This document shows, piece after piece, positions 11,854-21,045 of a stretch of DNA of 64,000 nucleotides. Positions within the stretch are counted from its first letter, which is position 1. Every line of letters begins with the position of its first letter. The translations under genes were made by a program, and so were the position numbers. Under the pieces are notes generated by a model. That model did no database searches and had not been told where the DNA came from. It was given only the letters and a program-made list of their open reading frames with translations. Source of the stretch: an uncultured beta proteobacterium (GTDB lineage Bacteria; Pseudomonadota; Gammaproteobacteria; Burkholderiales; Burkholderiaceae_C); contig CAVVRQ010000028.1 in NCBI GenBank assembly GCA_963750665.1, positions 299,101-363,100 of the forward strand, given 5' to 3'.

Positions 11854-13022
11854 AACACTGGCAGCTTGCCTGGCAGGTGTTTGGCAAGGAACTACTGGAC
11901 GCCCTGCGCGACCGGCGCACCTTGGCGGTGGTGCTGGTCTCAAGTGTGCTGATGGGGCCGCTGCTGTTACTCGCCTTGTCGGGCTTGATTGCTTCACTCG
12001 AAGCCAAGGCCGAGCTGCGCCAAGTGGTCGTCGTTGGGATCGAGCAGGCACCGACCCTGAAGAATTTCTTTGAGCGTCAGACCTGGGTTGTGAAGACCGC
12101 ACCCAAGGACTATGAGCGCCAACTGCGCGATGCCAAACTGGGTGACCCGGTGCTGCTACTGCCCGCCGATTTTGAGTCCACTTTGCTGCGCGGCGAGCGC
12201 CCTGAGGTCGAGCTGGTGAGTGACAGCGCCAACAAGCAAAGCGAGTCCGGCGCGCGCCGCGTGCTGGACCTATTGCGTGCCTTCAATCAGGAGCGCGCCA
12301 GTCTGAGCCTGGCCGTGCGCGGCGTCTCGGCCGAGCTGCTCTCGCCCATCAAAGTGCAGGAGCGTGACCTGGCCAGCAACCAGACGCGGGCGGCGCAGTT
12401 TACCGGCATGTTGGCGTTCTTTGTCCTGCTGGCCGTGGTTTCCGGTGCGATGAACGCAGCGCTGGACAGCACAGCGGGCGAACGCGAGCGCGGTTCGCTT
12501 GAGCCCTTGTTGATGAACCCGGTGGCGGCGCTGGCGCTGGTGCTGGGCAAGTGGGGAGCGGTGGCCGCAGTGGCCATGTTGGTGGCGGTGCTGAGTTGCG
12601 TGAGTTTTCTACCTGGGCAATGGCTGTTGCGCAGCGACACCTTGCAGGCCATGTTTCAGTTTGGCTGGCGTGAAGTCGCCTTGTTTCTGGTCGTACTGCT
12701 GCCGTTTGCGGCGGCCGTCTCGGCGCTATTGATGGCAGTGGCCATTCGCTGCAAAAGCTTCAAGGAAGCGCAAGCCAACAGCACGGTTGTCATGCTGGCC
12801 GTGTCTTTGTTGCCCTTGATCTCGGTGTTCAATCAAAGCGGCGATGAGCCCTGGCACTTGTGGGTGCCGGCATTGGCGCAAAATGTATTGATGTTGCGGG
12901 TCTTGAAGGGCGAGAGTTTCACGACGTTGCAAGTGCTGGTGCCGCTACTGGTGTGCCTGCTGCTAACGGCGGCCGGTGTGCTGTTTGTGGCGCGACGCGT
13001 CCGTAGCGCCGCTGTCAAGTAA
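11850..13022 (+). CDS. ABC-2 type permease (NatB-like)
   Basis: KELLDALRDRRT, AGERERGSLEPLL, multiple TM helices. Confidence 0.88.
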   Translation: MKHWQLAWQVFGKELLDALRDRRTLAVVLVSSVLMGPLLLLALSGLIASLEAKAELRQVVVVGIEQAPTLKNFFERQTWVVKTAPKDYERQLRDAKLGDPVLLLPADFESTLLRGERPEVELVSDSANKQSESGARRVLDLLRAFNQERASLSLAVRGVSAELLSPIKVQERDLASNQTRAAQFTGMLAFFVLLAVVSGAMNAALDSTAGERERGSLEPLLMNPVAALALVLGKWGAVAAVAMLVAVLSCVSFLPGQWLLRSDTLQAMFQFGWREVALFLVVLLPFAAAVSALLMAVAIRCKSFKEAQANSTVVMLAVSLLPLISVFNQSGDEPWHLWVPALAQNVLMLRVLKGESFTTLQVLVPLLVCLLLTAAGVLFVARRVRSAAVK

Positions 13023-13050
13023 CTGGCGGGCTTGCGACATTTCAAACCTC

Positions 13051-13818
13051 ATGCCGCGCTTTTACTGCCCCACTTTACTGACGACCGGTCAACTGCTGGA
13101 GCTGCCCGCCAGCGCCGCACGGCACGTGCAGGTGTTGCGCCTGCAGCCCGGCGACCGCATCACTTTGTTCAATGGCGGGCCAGATTGGGACGCTGCGCAA
13201 AACAGTCCAGGTGCTGGAGTCGCGAGCGGCGAGTATGCAGCCACAGTGACCCGCATGGGTCGCAGCGTGGTGCAGGTGCGCGTCGATGCCTACTGCGCGG
13301 TAGATCGCGAAGCGCTGCGCCAGGTTCACCTGGCGCTGGGTGTGCCGGCCAACGAGCGCATGGACTGGCTAGTCGAAAAAGCCACCGAGCTGGGCGTGGC
13401 CAGCATCCAGCCGCTGATGAGCGAGCGCAGCGTGTTGCGCCTGGCCGATGGGCGCGCCCTGAGGAAACAAGCGCATTGGCAAGGCGTGGCGCTGGCCGCC
13501 TGTGAGCAGTGCGGCGGCAACCGGGTGCCGCAGATTCACCCGGTGCTGGGGTTGGGCGACTGGCTGAAGGTGCAAACGGCGCTGGCCCCTGCTCCAGCCC
13601 TGCAACTACTGCTTTCGTTGCAAGCGCAGTCACGGGATTTGCGTGCGACGGCTTCAGGCAACGCGCCCGTCATTATTTTGTCTGGCCCGGAAGGTGGTTT
13701 GAGTGCGCTCGAGGAAGCGGCTGCGCAGGCGGCTGGCTTTATGCCGGTGACGCTCGGAGCGCGCGTGCTGCGCGCCGAGACTGCGGCTCTGGCGACTCTG
13801 GCGGCGCTGCTGATTTAG
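13051..13818 (+). CDS. rsmE: 16S rRNA m3U1498 methyltransferase RsmE
   Basis: MPRFYCP start, HVQVLRL, EKATELGV, ACEQCG, GPEGG, LRAETA. Confidence 0.95.
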   Translation: MPRFYCPTLLTTGQLLELPASAARHVQVLRLQPGDRITLFNGGPDWDAAQNSPGAGVASGEYAATVTRMGRSVVQVRVDAYCAVDREALRQVHLALGVPANERMDWLVEKATELGVASIQPLMSERSVLRLADGRALRKQAHWQGVALAACEQCGGNRVPQIHPVLGLGDWLKVQTALAPAPALQLLLSLQAQSRDLRATASGNAPVIILSGPEGGLSALEEAAAQAAGFMPVTLGARVLRAETAALATLAALLI

Positions 13819-14755
13819 TGCTGCTCTCAACGTGCGCCTGGATTAAACAATCCTGCATGGCCCGCGTCACCCGCGACGGCTGGGGCGAGCCGCGCACGAT
13901 GCTGAAAAAACTGCACGCGTAGCGGAACAGTGCAGGAGCAATGGCCCGCATCTGCCCACTGTTAACAAATGGCTCGGCGTAATGGTCGGGCAAAAACCCC
14001 AGGTACTTGCCCGACAGTATCAGCGTGGCGATCGACTCCTGGTCGAAACCGGTGGCCTTGCGCGTCAGGCGCATCTGCTGGCTGATTTCCATATTCGGCG
14101 AGTGATAGCCCAGGCCGGCAAAGTCGTGCGCGCGCAAGGCACGCCAATCTCCAGGCTGCTGCGCCGCGCCAGCCTGAAACAGGGCATGTTGCGCACCGCA
14201 ATACAAAAACATGGTCTCGGCAAATAGTTCATCGTAGGTCAGCGTGTCGGAACTGCGATGCCCCGGAATGACACCGACCTGATATTGCCCATCGAGCACG
14301 CCGCGCTCGATGCTGTTGAGGGGTGCCACATGCAGGTGCAGGCTGACCTCGGGTGCCTGCGCAGCGAAGAGGGCAATCGCCGCCGCAATATGGGCCGCTG
14401 GGTTGCTGGCGGTCTTGTCGAAAACAGCAAGGTGCAACTCACCGCCCATACGCTGGTGAATCTCATCGACCCGGCTGCGAAAGGCTTCGACCCCGGCCAG
14501 CAGGCGCAGCGTTTCGGCATAAATCTGCTGGCCCTCGGCCGTCAACGCAAAGCCGGCGCGGCCGCGCCGACACAAGCTCAGTCCGAGACGCGTTTCCAGG
14601 TCGCTGATGTGGCGGCTGACCGTGGAAACACCGATGTTGAGCTCCAGTTCGGCGGCAGCCATGCCGCCACATTCGGCCACACTCTTGAAGACGCGCAGCA
14701 GGCGGATGTCCATATCGCTCAAGCGACCCAACGCAGAATGGCGCTTTACTTGCAT
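13739..14755 (-). CDS. LysR-family regulator (BauR-like), divergent from beta-alanine genes
   Basis: N-terminal HTH (LLRVFKSVAECGGMAAAELELN...LETRLG..LCRRGR); divergent from the aminotransferase. Confidence 0.88.
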   Translation of the reverse strand: MQVKRHSALGRLSDMDIRLLRVFKSVAECGGMAAAELELNIGVSTVSRHISDLETRLGLSLCRRGRAGFALTAEGQQIYAETLRLLAGVEAFRSRVDEIHQRMGGELHLAVFDKTASNPAAHIAAAIALFAAQAPEVSLHLHVAPLNSIERGVLDGQYQVGVIPGHRSSDTLTYDELFAETMFLYCGAQHALFQAGAAQQPGDWRALRAHDFAGLGYHSPNMEISQQMRLTRKATGFDQESIATLILSGKYLGFLPDHYAEPFVNSGQMRAIAPALFRYACSFFSIVRGSPQPSRVTRAMQDCLIQAHVESSTKSAAPPESPEPQSRRAARALRASPA

Positions 14756-14758
14756 AAA

Positions 14759-14787
14759 TTGACAACTTGAGTGTGATAGTTATATCT
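14759..14787 (+). promoter_or_regulatory. Possible sigma70 promoter for bauA-mmsA
   Basis: Perfect TTGACA at 14759-14764 with a weak -10-like TATATC at 14781-14786, in an AT-rich divergent spacer. Confidence 0.4.
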
Positions 14788-14846
14788 TTATAAGAGTAAC
14801 AGAAACGACCAGAATGGCAACTCTTCACTCTTTCAGGAGACCCAAC

Positions 14847-16196
14847 ATGAACATGAACGAAACCCAACACCTGGCCGCCTCGCGCACCGACGCGGCCTGG
14901 CTCGACGCGCACTGGATGCCTTTCAGCGGCAACCGCGAATTCAAGGCCAATCCGCGCATGATGGTCAGTGCCCAGGGCTGTTATTACACCGACAGCCACG
15001 GCAAACAGATTTTTGACGGGCTCTCGGGTCTTTGGTGTTGTGGTCTGGGCCACGGGCGCAGCGAAATCAGCGAGGCGGTGTCGCGTCAGGTCGCCAGCAT
15101 GGATTATTCGCCCGGCTTCCAGTTTGGCCACCCGCTGTCCTTTGCGCTGGCCAACAAGCTCAAGGAGCTGACGCCAGCCGGACTCGATTACGTCTTCTTT
15201 ACCGGCTCGGGTTCCGAATCAGCCGACACCTCGCTCAAGATGGCACGCGCTTACTGGCGCGCCAAGGGCCAGGCCACCAAAACGCGCCTGATCGGGCGCG
15301 AAAAAGGCTACCACGGCGTGAACTTCGGCGGCATCTCGGTCGGCGGCATCGGCGGCGTGCGCAAGATGTTTGGCCAGGGCATTGATGCCGATCACTTGCC
15401 GCACACCCAGCTTGCCAGCAACGCGTTTTCACGCGGCATGCCCGACAAAGGCGCTGAACTGGCCGACGATTTGCTGAACCTGATCGCACTGCACGATGCC
15501 AGCAACATTGCCGCGGTGATCGTCGAGCCATTCTCGGGCTCGGCCGGCGTCATCATTCCGCCCAAAGGCTATTTGCAGCGTCTGCGCGAGATCTGTACCG
15601 CCAACAACATCCTGTTGATATTTGATGAAGTCATCACCGGCTTTGGCCGCGCCGGCGCTTATACCGGCGCTGAAGCCTTTGGCGTCACGCCCGACATCAT
15701 GAATCTGGCCAAGCAGATCAGCAACGGCGCGCAGCCAATTGGCGCGGTGCTGGCCAAGAAGGAAATCTACGACACCTTCATGGCCGCTGGCGGGCCGGAC
15801 TACATGCTCGAATTTGCCCATGGCTACACCTACTCGGCGCATCCGGTGTGCTGCGCCGCAGCGCTGGCGACACTTGACATTCTGGTCAAAGAAAACATGA
15901 TTGACCGGGTCAAGGCGCTGGCACCGCATTTTGAAAATGCGGTGCACAGCCTCAAAGGTACCAAGCACGTCACCGACATCCGCAACTACGGCCTGGCAGC
16001 CGGTTTTAGCATCGCGGCTTTCCCGGGAGAACCGGCCAAGCGGCCCTTCGAGATTGCCATGGCGATGCTGAAAAAGGGCTTTTACGTGCGCTACGGCGGC
16101 GACACCATCCAACTCGCACCGCCCTTCATCAGCACGCCGGCGCAGCTTGACAGCCTGGTCAACGCGCTGGGCGAAACATTCAATCAAGCCGCCTGA
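14847..16196 (+). CDS. bauA: Omega-amino acid (beta-alanine):pyruvate aminotransferase, class III PLP
   Basis: HWMPFSGNREF, DGLSGLW, GSGSES, GYHG, FDEVITGFGR, AKQ; SD AGGAGA before ATG 14847. Confidence 0.88.
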   Translation: MNMNETQHLAASRTDAAWLDAHWMPFSGNREFKANPRMMVSAQGCYYTDSHGKQIFDGLSGLWCCGLGHGRSEISEAVSRQVASMDYSPGFQFGHPLSFALANKLKELTPAGLDYVFFTGSGSESADTSLKMARAYWRAKGQATKTRLIGREKGYHGVNFGGISVGGIGGVRKMFGQGIDADHLPHTQLASNAFSRGMPDKGAELADDLLNLIALHDASNIAAVIVEPFSGSAGVIIPPKGYLQRLREICTANNILLIFDEVITGFGRAGAYTGAEAFGVTPDIMNLAKQISNGAQPIGAVLAKKEIYDTFMAAGGPDYMLEFAHGYTYSAHPVCCAAALATLDILVKENMIDRVKALAPHFENAVHSLKGTKHVTDIRNYGLAAGFSIAAFPGEPAKRPFEIAMAMLKKGFYVRYGGDTIQLAPPFISTPAQLDSLVNALGETFNQAA

Positions 16197-16207
16197 GGTT
16201 TTTATCC

Positions 16208-17713
16208 ATGAAGAAACTCCCTCAAATCAAACACCTGATTGACGGTCAACTGGTGACCGGCGGCAGCCGCTCGCAAGACGTCTTCAACCCAGCCACCGGC
16301 AAGGCCGAAAAGCGCGTGCTTCTGGCCGATGTGGCCACCGTGCAAAGCGCCATCGCCTCGGCGCAGGCCGCATACCCGGCCTGGCGTGCGACGCCGCCGC
16401 TCAAGCGCGCGCGCGTCATGAGCCAGCTCAAAAACCTGCTTGAAGCCAATGCCGAACAACTCTGCGCCCTGCTCACGGCCGAACATGGCAAGGTGCTTAG
16501 CGACTCGGCGGGCGAACTGCAACGTGGCATCGAAAACGTCGAGTACGCGAGTTATGCGCCCGAGCTGCTCAAAGGCGAACACTGCAAGAATGTCGGCCCG
16601 GCGATGGACTCGTGGAGCGAGTTTCAGCCGATCGGCGTCACGGCGGGCATCACGCCCTTCAACTTTCCGGTCATGGTGCCACTGTGGATGTGGCCGATGG
16701 CGATTGCCTGCGGCAACACCTTCGTGCTCAAACCCTCGGAGCGCGACCCCAGCAGCGCCCTCTTGGTGGCCGAGCTGGCCTTGCAAGCGGGCCTGCCACC
16801 GGGTGTGCTTAACGTGGTCAATGGCGACAAGGAAGCAGTCGATGCCTTGCTTGCCGACAAGCGCGTGCAGGCGGTGAGCTTTGTCGGCTCAACGCCGATT
16901 GCCGAGTACATCTACGCCACCGGCTGTGCCCACGGCAAGCGTGTGCAGGCGCTGGGTGGCGCCAAGAACCACGCCATCGTGATGCCCGACGCGGACATCG
17001 CCAATGCGGTGAATGCCTTGATGGGCGCGGCTTTTGGCTCCTGCGGCGAGCGCTGCATGGCGATTCCGCTGGTGGTCGCCGTGGGCGATGCAACGGCCGA
17101 TGCCGTGCTGGCCGGCTTGAAGACCGAGATTGCCAAAATGAAGGTGGGTCCCGGCACCGACTCAAGCAACGACATGGGTCCGCTGGTGACCAAACAGCAT
17201 TTCGACAAGGTGACCGGCTATGTCGAACAAGGCGTCAAGGAAGGCGCCAAACTGGTGGTTGATGGCCGCGCGGTCAAGGTCAAGGGCCATAAAGATGGTT
17301 ATTTCCTGGGGGCCTGCCTGTTTGACAAGGTCAAACCCGGTATGAAGATTTACCAGGATGAGATTTTTGGCCCGGTGCTCGGCGTCATGCGCGTGAAAAC
17401 CCTGCAAGAAGGCATGGACCTGATCAACGCCAACGAGTACGGCAACGGCACCTGCATCTTTACCCGCGACGGCGAAGCCGCGCGCTACTTCAGCGAGCAC
17501 ATTCTGGTCGGCATGGTCGGCATCAACGTGCCGCTGCCGGTGCCCGTGGCCTACCACTCGTTTGGCGGCTGGAAGCGCAGCCTGTTTGGTGACTTGAGCG
17601 CCTACGGGCCGGACGCCGTGCGCTTCTACACCAAGCGCAAGACCATCACGCAGCGCTGGCCTTCAGCCGGTGTGCGCGAAGGGGCGGTGTTCAGCTTTCC
17701 GACCAATCGTTGA
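16208..17713 (+). CDS. mmsA: CoA-acylating (methyl)malonate-semialdehyde dehydrogenase (BauC/MmsA)
   Basis: GITPFNFP, LKPSERDP, FVGST, GGAKNH, GERCMA, YGNG, GMVGINVPLPVP, SLFGD. Confidence 0.93.
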   Translation: MKKLPQIKHLIDGQLVTGGSRSQDVFNPATGKAEKRVLLADVATVQSAIASAQAAYPAWRATPPLKRARVMSQLKNLLEANAEQLCALLTAEHGKVLSDSAGELQRGIENVEYASYAPELLKGEHCKNVGPAMDSWSEFQPIGVTAGITPFNFPVMVPLWMWPMAIACGNTFVLKPSERDPSSALLVAELALQAGLPPGVLNVVNGDKEAVDALLADKRVQAVSFVGSTPIAEYIYATGCAHGKRVQALGGAKNHAIVMPDADIANAVNALMGAAFGSCGERCMAIPLVVAVGDATADAVLAGLKTEIAKMKVGPGTDSSNDMGPLVTKQHFDKVTGYVEQGVKEGAKLVVDGRAVKVKGHKDGYFLGACLFDKVKPGMKIYQDEIFGPVLGVMRVKTLQEGMDLINANEYGNGTCIFTRDGEAARYFSEHILVGMVGINVPLPVPVAYHSFGGWKRSLFGDLSAYGPDAVRFYTKRKTITQRWPSAGVREGAVFSFPTNR

Positions 17714-17735
17714 ACTGGGGTCGGACCCCAATTCA
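17711..17735. repeat. Short palindrome (REP-like) overlapping the mmsA stop codon; related copy at 52367-52389
   Basis: TGAACTGGGGT-CGG-ACCCCAATTCA; core is 17/21 identical to AATTGGGGTCAGATTCCAATT at 52368-52388. Confidence 0.7.
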
Positions 17736-17778
17736 GCGGGGTGAACCTGTATCGCCTGTTCTTGTGGCGCTTCATTTC

Positions 17779-17837
17779 GCTACCATGTTTATAGCTACTT
17801 ACGCACGTAATACGGGGGCTGGAGGGCTAAATGGCTT
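17779..17837 (+). repeat. Fixed-spacer block repeat, copy A
   Basis: GCTAC-N7-ATAGCTACTTACGCA-N6-ACGGGGGCT. Confidence 0.8.
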
Positions 17838-17884
17838 GTAACTTTGGCCAGTCCCTGGATTGTATTGCGTCCGGGTCGCCTTTC

Positions 17885-17940
17885 ACTACAAACTTCATAG
17901 CTGCTTGCGCAGATGCAACGGGGGCTAGCGCCTAAATTTC
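17885..17940 (+). repeat. Fixed-spacer block repeat, copy B
   Basis: ACTAC-N7-ATAGCTGCTTGCGCA-N6-ACGGGGGCT. Confidence 0.8.
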
Positions 17941-18061
17941 CCCTTGGTAAAAGTTTACGAGGGTGGCAGCCAAATGTTACGGGTATTCACCGATTGAAGC
18001 CAAGCCTAAGTCCGGCAGAATTGCCCAGGCTTGAGGTTTCATCAATACTGGAGACAAATAC

Positions 18062-19078
18062 ATGCAAAGACGCCAACTTATTCAATCGGCAGGGGGACTT
18101 GTTTGCGGCGCTTTGCCATTCGCATCCGCTTTGGCGCAAAGCACGGCGCTCAAGATTTCGCACCAGTTTCCCGGCGGCACGATCCAGGTTGGTGATTTTC
18201 GGGATCGCCTGGTACGCAACTTTGCAGCCGAAGTCGAAAAGCGTAGCAATGGGGCGATGAAATTCGAGATTTATCCAGGCTCTTCTCTCATGAAGACCAA
18301 TGCGCAGTTTTCCGCCATGCGCAAGGGCGCGCTGGATCTGTCGCTGTTTCCGGTGTCTTATGCCGGCGGCGAAGTGCCCGAGCTCAATATCGGTCTGATG
18401 CCGGCACTGGTTGTCTCGTACGAACAGGCCTACAGTTGGAAAAGCAAGCCGGTTGGACAGGAGCTGAGCCGCGTGTTGCTCGACAAGGGCATCGTCATGG
18501 TGAGCTGGATCTGGCAGGCCGGTGGCGTGGCTTCACGCGGCAAGCCGGTGGTGGAACCCGAGGACGCCAAGGGTCTGAAGATTCGCGGCGGCTCGCGCGA
18601 GATGGACATGATTCTGAAAGACGCCGGTGCCGCCGTCGTGACGCTGCCGTCCAACGAGATTTATGCCGCCATGCAAACCGGTGCCATGGATGCGGCCATG
18701 ACCTCATCGACCTCCTTTATTTCATTCCGCCTGGAAGAAGTGGCCAAGTCGCTCACGACCGGTCGCAACGGCGCCTATTGGTTCATGCTGGAGCCGCTGC
18801 TGATGTCCAAAGCGGTGTTTGACAAGCTGCCCAAGGCGCAACGTGATCTCATCATGACGGTTGGTGCCGAGATGGAAGCGTTTGCGCTGGAGGCCGCGAA
18901 AAAGGACGATGTGGAAGTGGCCAACGTCTATCAAAAAGCGGGTGCCAAAGTGGTGGATCTGTCGCCCGCCACCATCAAAAAATGGCAGGAGATTGCGCGC
19001 AAGACTGCGTGGAAAGACTATGGCGCCAAGAATGAAGGCTGCGCCAAACTGCTGACCCTTGCACAGCAGACCCTGTGA
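18062..19078 (+). CDS. dctP: TRAP transporter substrate-binding protein DctP
   Basis: Tat-like signal (QRRQLI), KGLKIRG, EIYAAMQTGAMDA; upstream of DctQ/DctM. Confidence 0.9.
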   Translation: MQRRQLIQSAGGLVCGALPFASALAQSTALKISHQFPGGTIQVGDFRDRLVRNFAAEVEKRSNGAMKFEIYPGSSLMKTNAQFSAMRKGALDLSLFPVSYAGGEVPELNIGLMPALVVSYEQAYSWKSKPVGQELSRVLLDKGIVMVSWIWQAGGVASRGKPVVEPEDAKGLKIRGGSREMDMILKDAGAAVVTLPSNEIYAAMQTGAMDAAMTSSTSFISFRLEEVAKSLTTGRNGAYWFMLEPLLMSKAVFDKLPKAQRDLIMTVGAEMEAFALEAAKKDDVEVANVYQKAGAKVVDLSPATIKKWQEIARKTAWKDYGAKNEGCAKLLTLAQQTL

Positions 19079-19644
19079 GCCACGATTTTGAGCTTGAGCC
19101 GGGCGTGCGTCCCGGTGTCGATTTACCCCTGAATGCAACGCTGCGCCGTTTGACCAAGAGCCTGAACTGGTTGAATCGGCAAATGCTGCGGGTGTCGATG
19201 CTGGCGCTGGTGTTGACCTCTCTGGTGCTCACCTACTCGGTGCTGACGCGTTATTTTTTCAAGACCGCGACCGACTGGCAGGACGAAGCTTCGGTGTTCA
19301 TGCTGGTGGGTGCCATCTTCATCTGCACTGCCTATGTGCAGTCCCAGCGCGGGCATGTTGGCATTGAGGCGTTGGCCGCCCTGTTGCCGGCGCGGGTGAA
19401 CCGCCTGCGCCAGCTGCTGGTGGATTTGACGTCAACCCTGTTTTGCGGCTTTTTTAGCTGGAAGTCCTGGACGCTTTTTTATGAAGCCTGGTCCGAAGGG
19501 CAAACCACCTCGAGCAGTTTTGCCCCGCCACTGTGGATACCCTACAGCCTGATGGCAGTAGGCATGAGTTTGCTGGCATTGCAGTTACTGCTGCAAACCG
19601 CCATTGAAGTCAGCACACCCAAAGACGGGGAGTCCCCAGCATGA
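19075..19644 (+). CDS. dctQ: TRAP small permease DctQ
   Basis: 4 TM helices, RYFF...W.DE, GHVGIE; GTG start overlaps the dctP stop. Confidence 0.88.
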   Translation: MSHDFELEPGVRPGVDLPLNATLRRLTKSLNWLNRQMLRVSMLALVLTSLVLTYSVLTRYFFKTATDWQDEASVFMLVGAIFICTAYVQSQRGHVGIEALAALLPARVNRLRQLLVDLTSTLFCGFFSWKSWTLFYEAWSEGQTTSSSFAPPLWIPYSLMAVGMSLLALQLLLQTAIEVSTPKDGESPA

Positions 19645-20990
19645 GCGAGTTGGCCATTGGTCTGTCGTATGGCGCAGCCACCTTGCTGGTGATGTTCTCG
19701 GGCATGCCGATTGCCTTTTCACTGGGCACGGTGGCGGTCGTCTTCATGTATTTTTTCATGCCGGCGGCCTCGCTCGACACAGTGACGCAAAACGTCTATG
19801 AGGAAATGGCATCGATCACGCTGCTGTCGATCCCGCTGTTTATCATGAAAGGCGCGGCAATCGGCAAGTCGCGCGCCGGGCAGGACCTGTATGGTGCCAT
19901 TCATGTCTGGCTGCACAAAGTGCCCGGCGGTCTGGGCATCGCCAACGTCATCGCCTGCGCCCTGTTTGCCGCCATGGCCGGCTCTTCACCCGCAACCTGC
20001 TCGGCGATTGGCTCGGCCGGTATTCCCGAGATGCGCAAACGCGGCTATTCCAATGGTTTCGCGGCCGGCCTGATTGCCGCCGGTGGCACCCTGGGCATCT
20101 TGCTGCCACCGTCGATCGTCATGATTTTGTACGCCGTCGCAGCAGAACAATCCCTCGGACGCTTATTTTTGGCCGGCATTGGCCCGGGCCTGCTGCTGGT
20201 GGCCCTGTTTGCGGCTTACGCGGTGGCGCGGGCACGCAAGGAATACAAGGCGGCGCTCACTGTTTTTGAGAACGGCGGCGTCAAATCAGCTTACCTTGAA
20301 GACGAGCACTTCAGCTTGACGCAAAAAGTGGAAATGCTGCCGCGTGTGCTGCCTTTTGTGCTGCTGCTCACGGGCGTCATGATTGCACTTTACGGCGGCT
20401 TTGCCACGCCGACCGAAACGGCCGGGCTGGGCGGCCTGCTGGCGCTGCTGTTGATCGCCTCCATTTACGGCATCTGGCGGCCCAAAGACCTGGCGCCGAT
20501 TTTGACTTCGACCTTGAAGGAATCGACCATGCTGATGCTGATCATCGGCATGTCGCTGCTCTACAGCTACGTCATGAGTCACCTGCACATCAGTCAGGGC
20601 GCGGCGCAGTGGATTGTTGATTTGCATCTGTCCAAATGGCTGTTGCTGGCAATGATCCTGCTGATGGTGATCGTGCTCGGTTTCTTCCTGCCACCGGTGT
20701 CAATCATCCTGATGACGGCGCCGATCTTGCTGCCCCCGCTTAAGGCCGCAGGTTTTGATCTGATCTGGTTTGGTGTCGTCATGACGATCGTCATGGAGAT
20801 GGGGCTGATCCATCCGCCCGTTGGCTTGAATATTTTTGTCATCAAGAATGTAGCGCCCGATATTCCACTCAAAGAGGTGATCTGGGGCGTGCTGCCCTTT
20901 GTCGGCTTGATGTTTGGCGCTGTTTTCCTGCTCTGTTTCTTCCCGGGCATTGCGACCGGTCTGCCCAACCTGGTGATGGGAGTCAAGTGA
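19641..20990 (+). CDS. dctM: TRAP large permease DctM
   Basis: SIPLFI, GGTLGILLPPS, HPPVGLNIFV. Confidence 0.92.
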   Translation: MSELAIGLSYGAATLLVMFSGMPIAFSLGTVAVVFMYFFMPAASLDTVTQNVYEEMASITLLSIPLFIMKGAAIGKSRAGQDLYGAIHVWLHKVPGGLGIANVIACALFAAMAGSSPATCSAIGSAGIPEMRKRGYSNGFAAGLIAAGGTLGILLPPSIVMILYAVAAEQSLGRLFLAGIGPGLLLVALFAAYAVARARKEYKAALTVFENGGVKSAYLEDEHFSLTQKVEMLPRVLPFVLLLTGVMIALYGGFATPTETAGLGGLLALLLIASIYGIWRPKDLAPILTSTLKESTMLMLIIGMSLLYSYVMSHLHISQGAAQWIVDLHLSKWLLLAMILLMVIVLGFFLPPVSIILMTAPILLPPLKAAGFDLIWFGVVMTIVMEMGLIHPPVGLNIFVIKNVAPDIPLKEVIWGVLPFVGLMFGAVFLLCFFPGIATGLPNLVMGVK

Positions 20991-21045
20991 CACACGGCCT
21001 GGGGCACGGGTGTCGGCCGTCAGCGCCTGATCACAGTCGTTTTCA

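Noticed and set aside
13739-13818. 80-nt convergent overlap between the LysR and rsmE 3' ends
   Set aside because: The LysR tail is low-complexity and most simply explained by stop-codon drift; no evidence of function.
17711-17940. CRISPR-like array suggested by clustered repeats
   Set aside because: Only two degenerate copies with irregular spacing and no cas genes; better explained as dispersed repeats.
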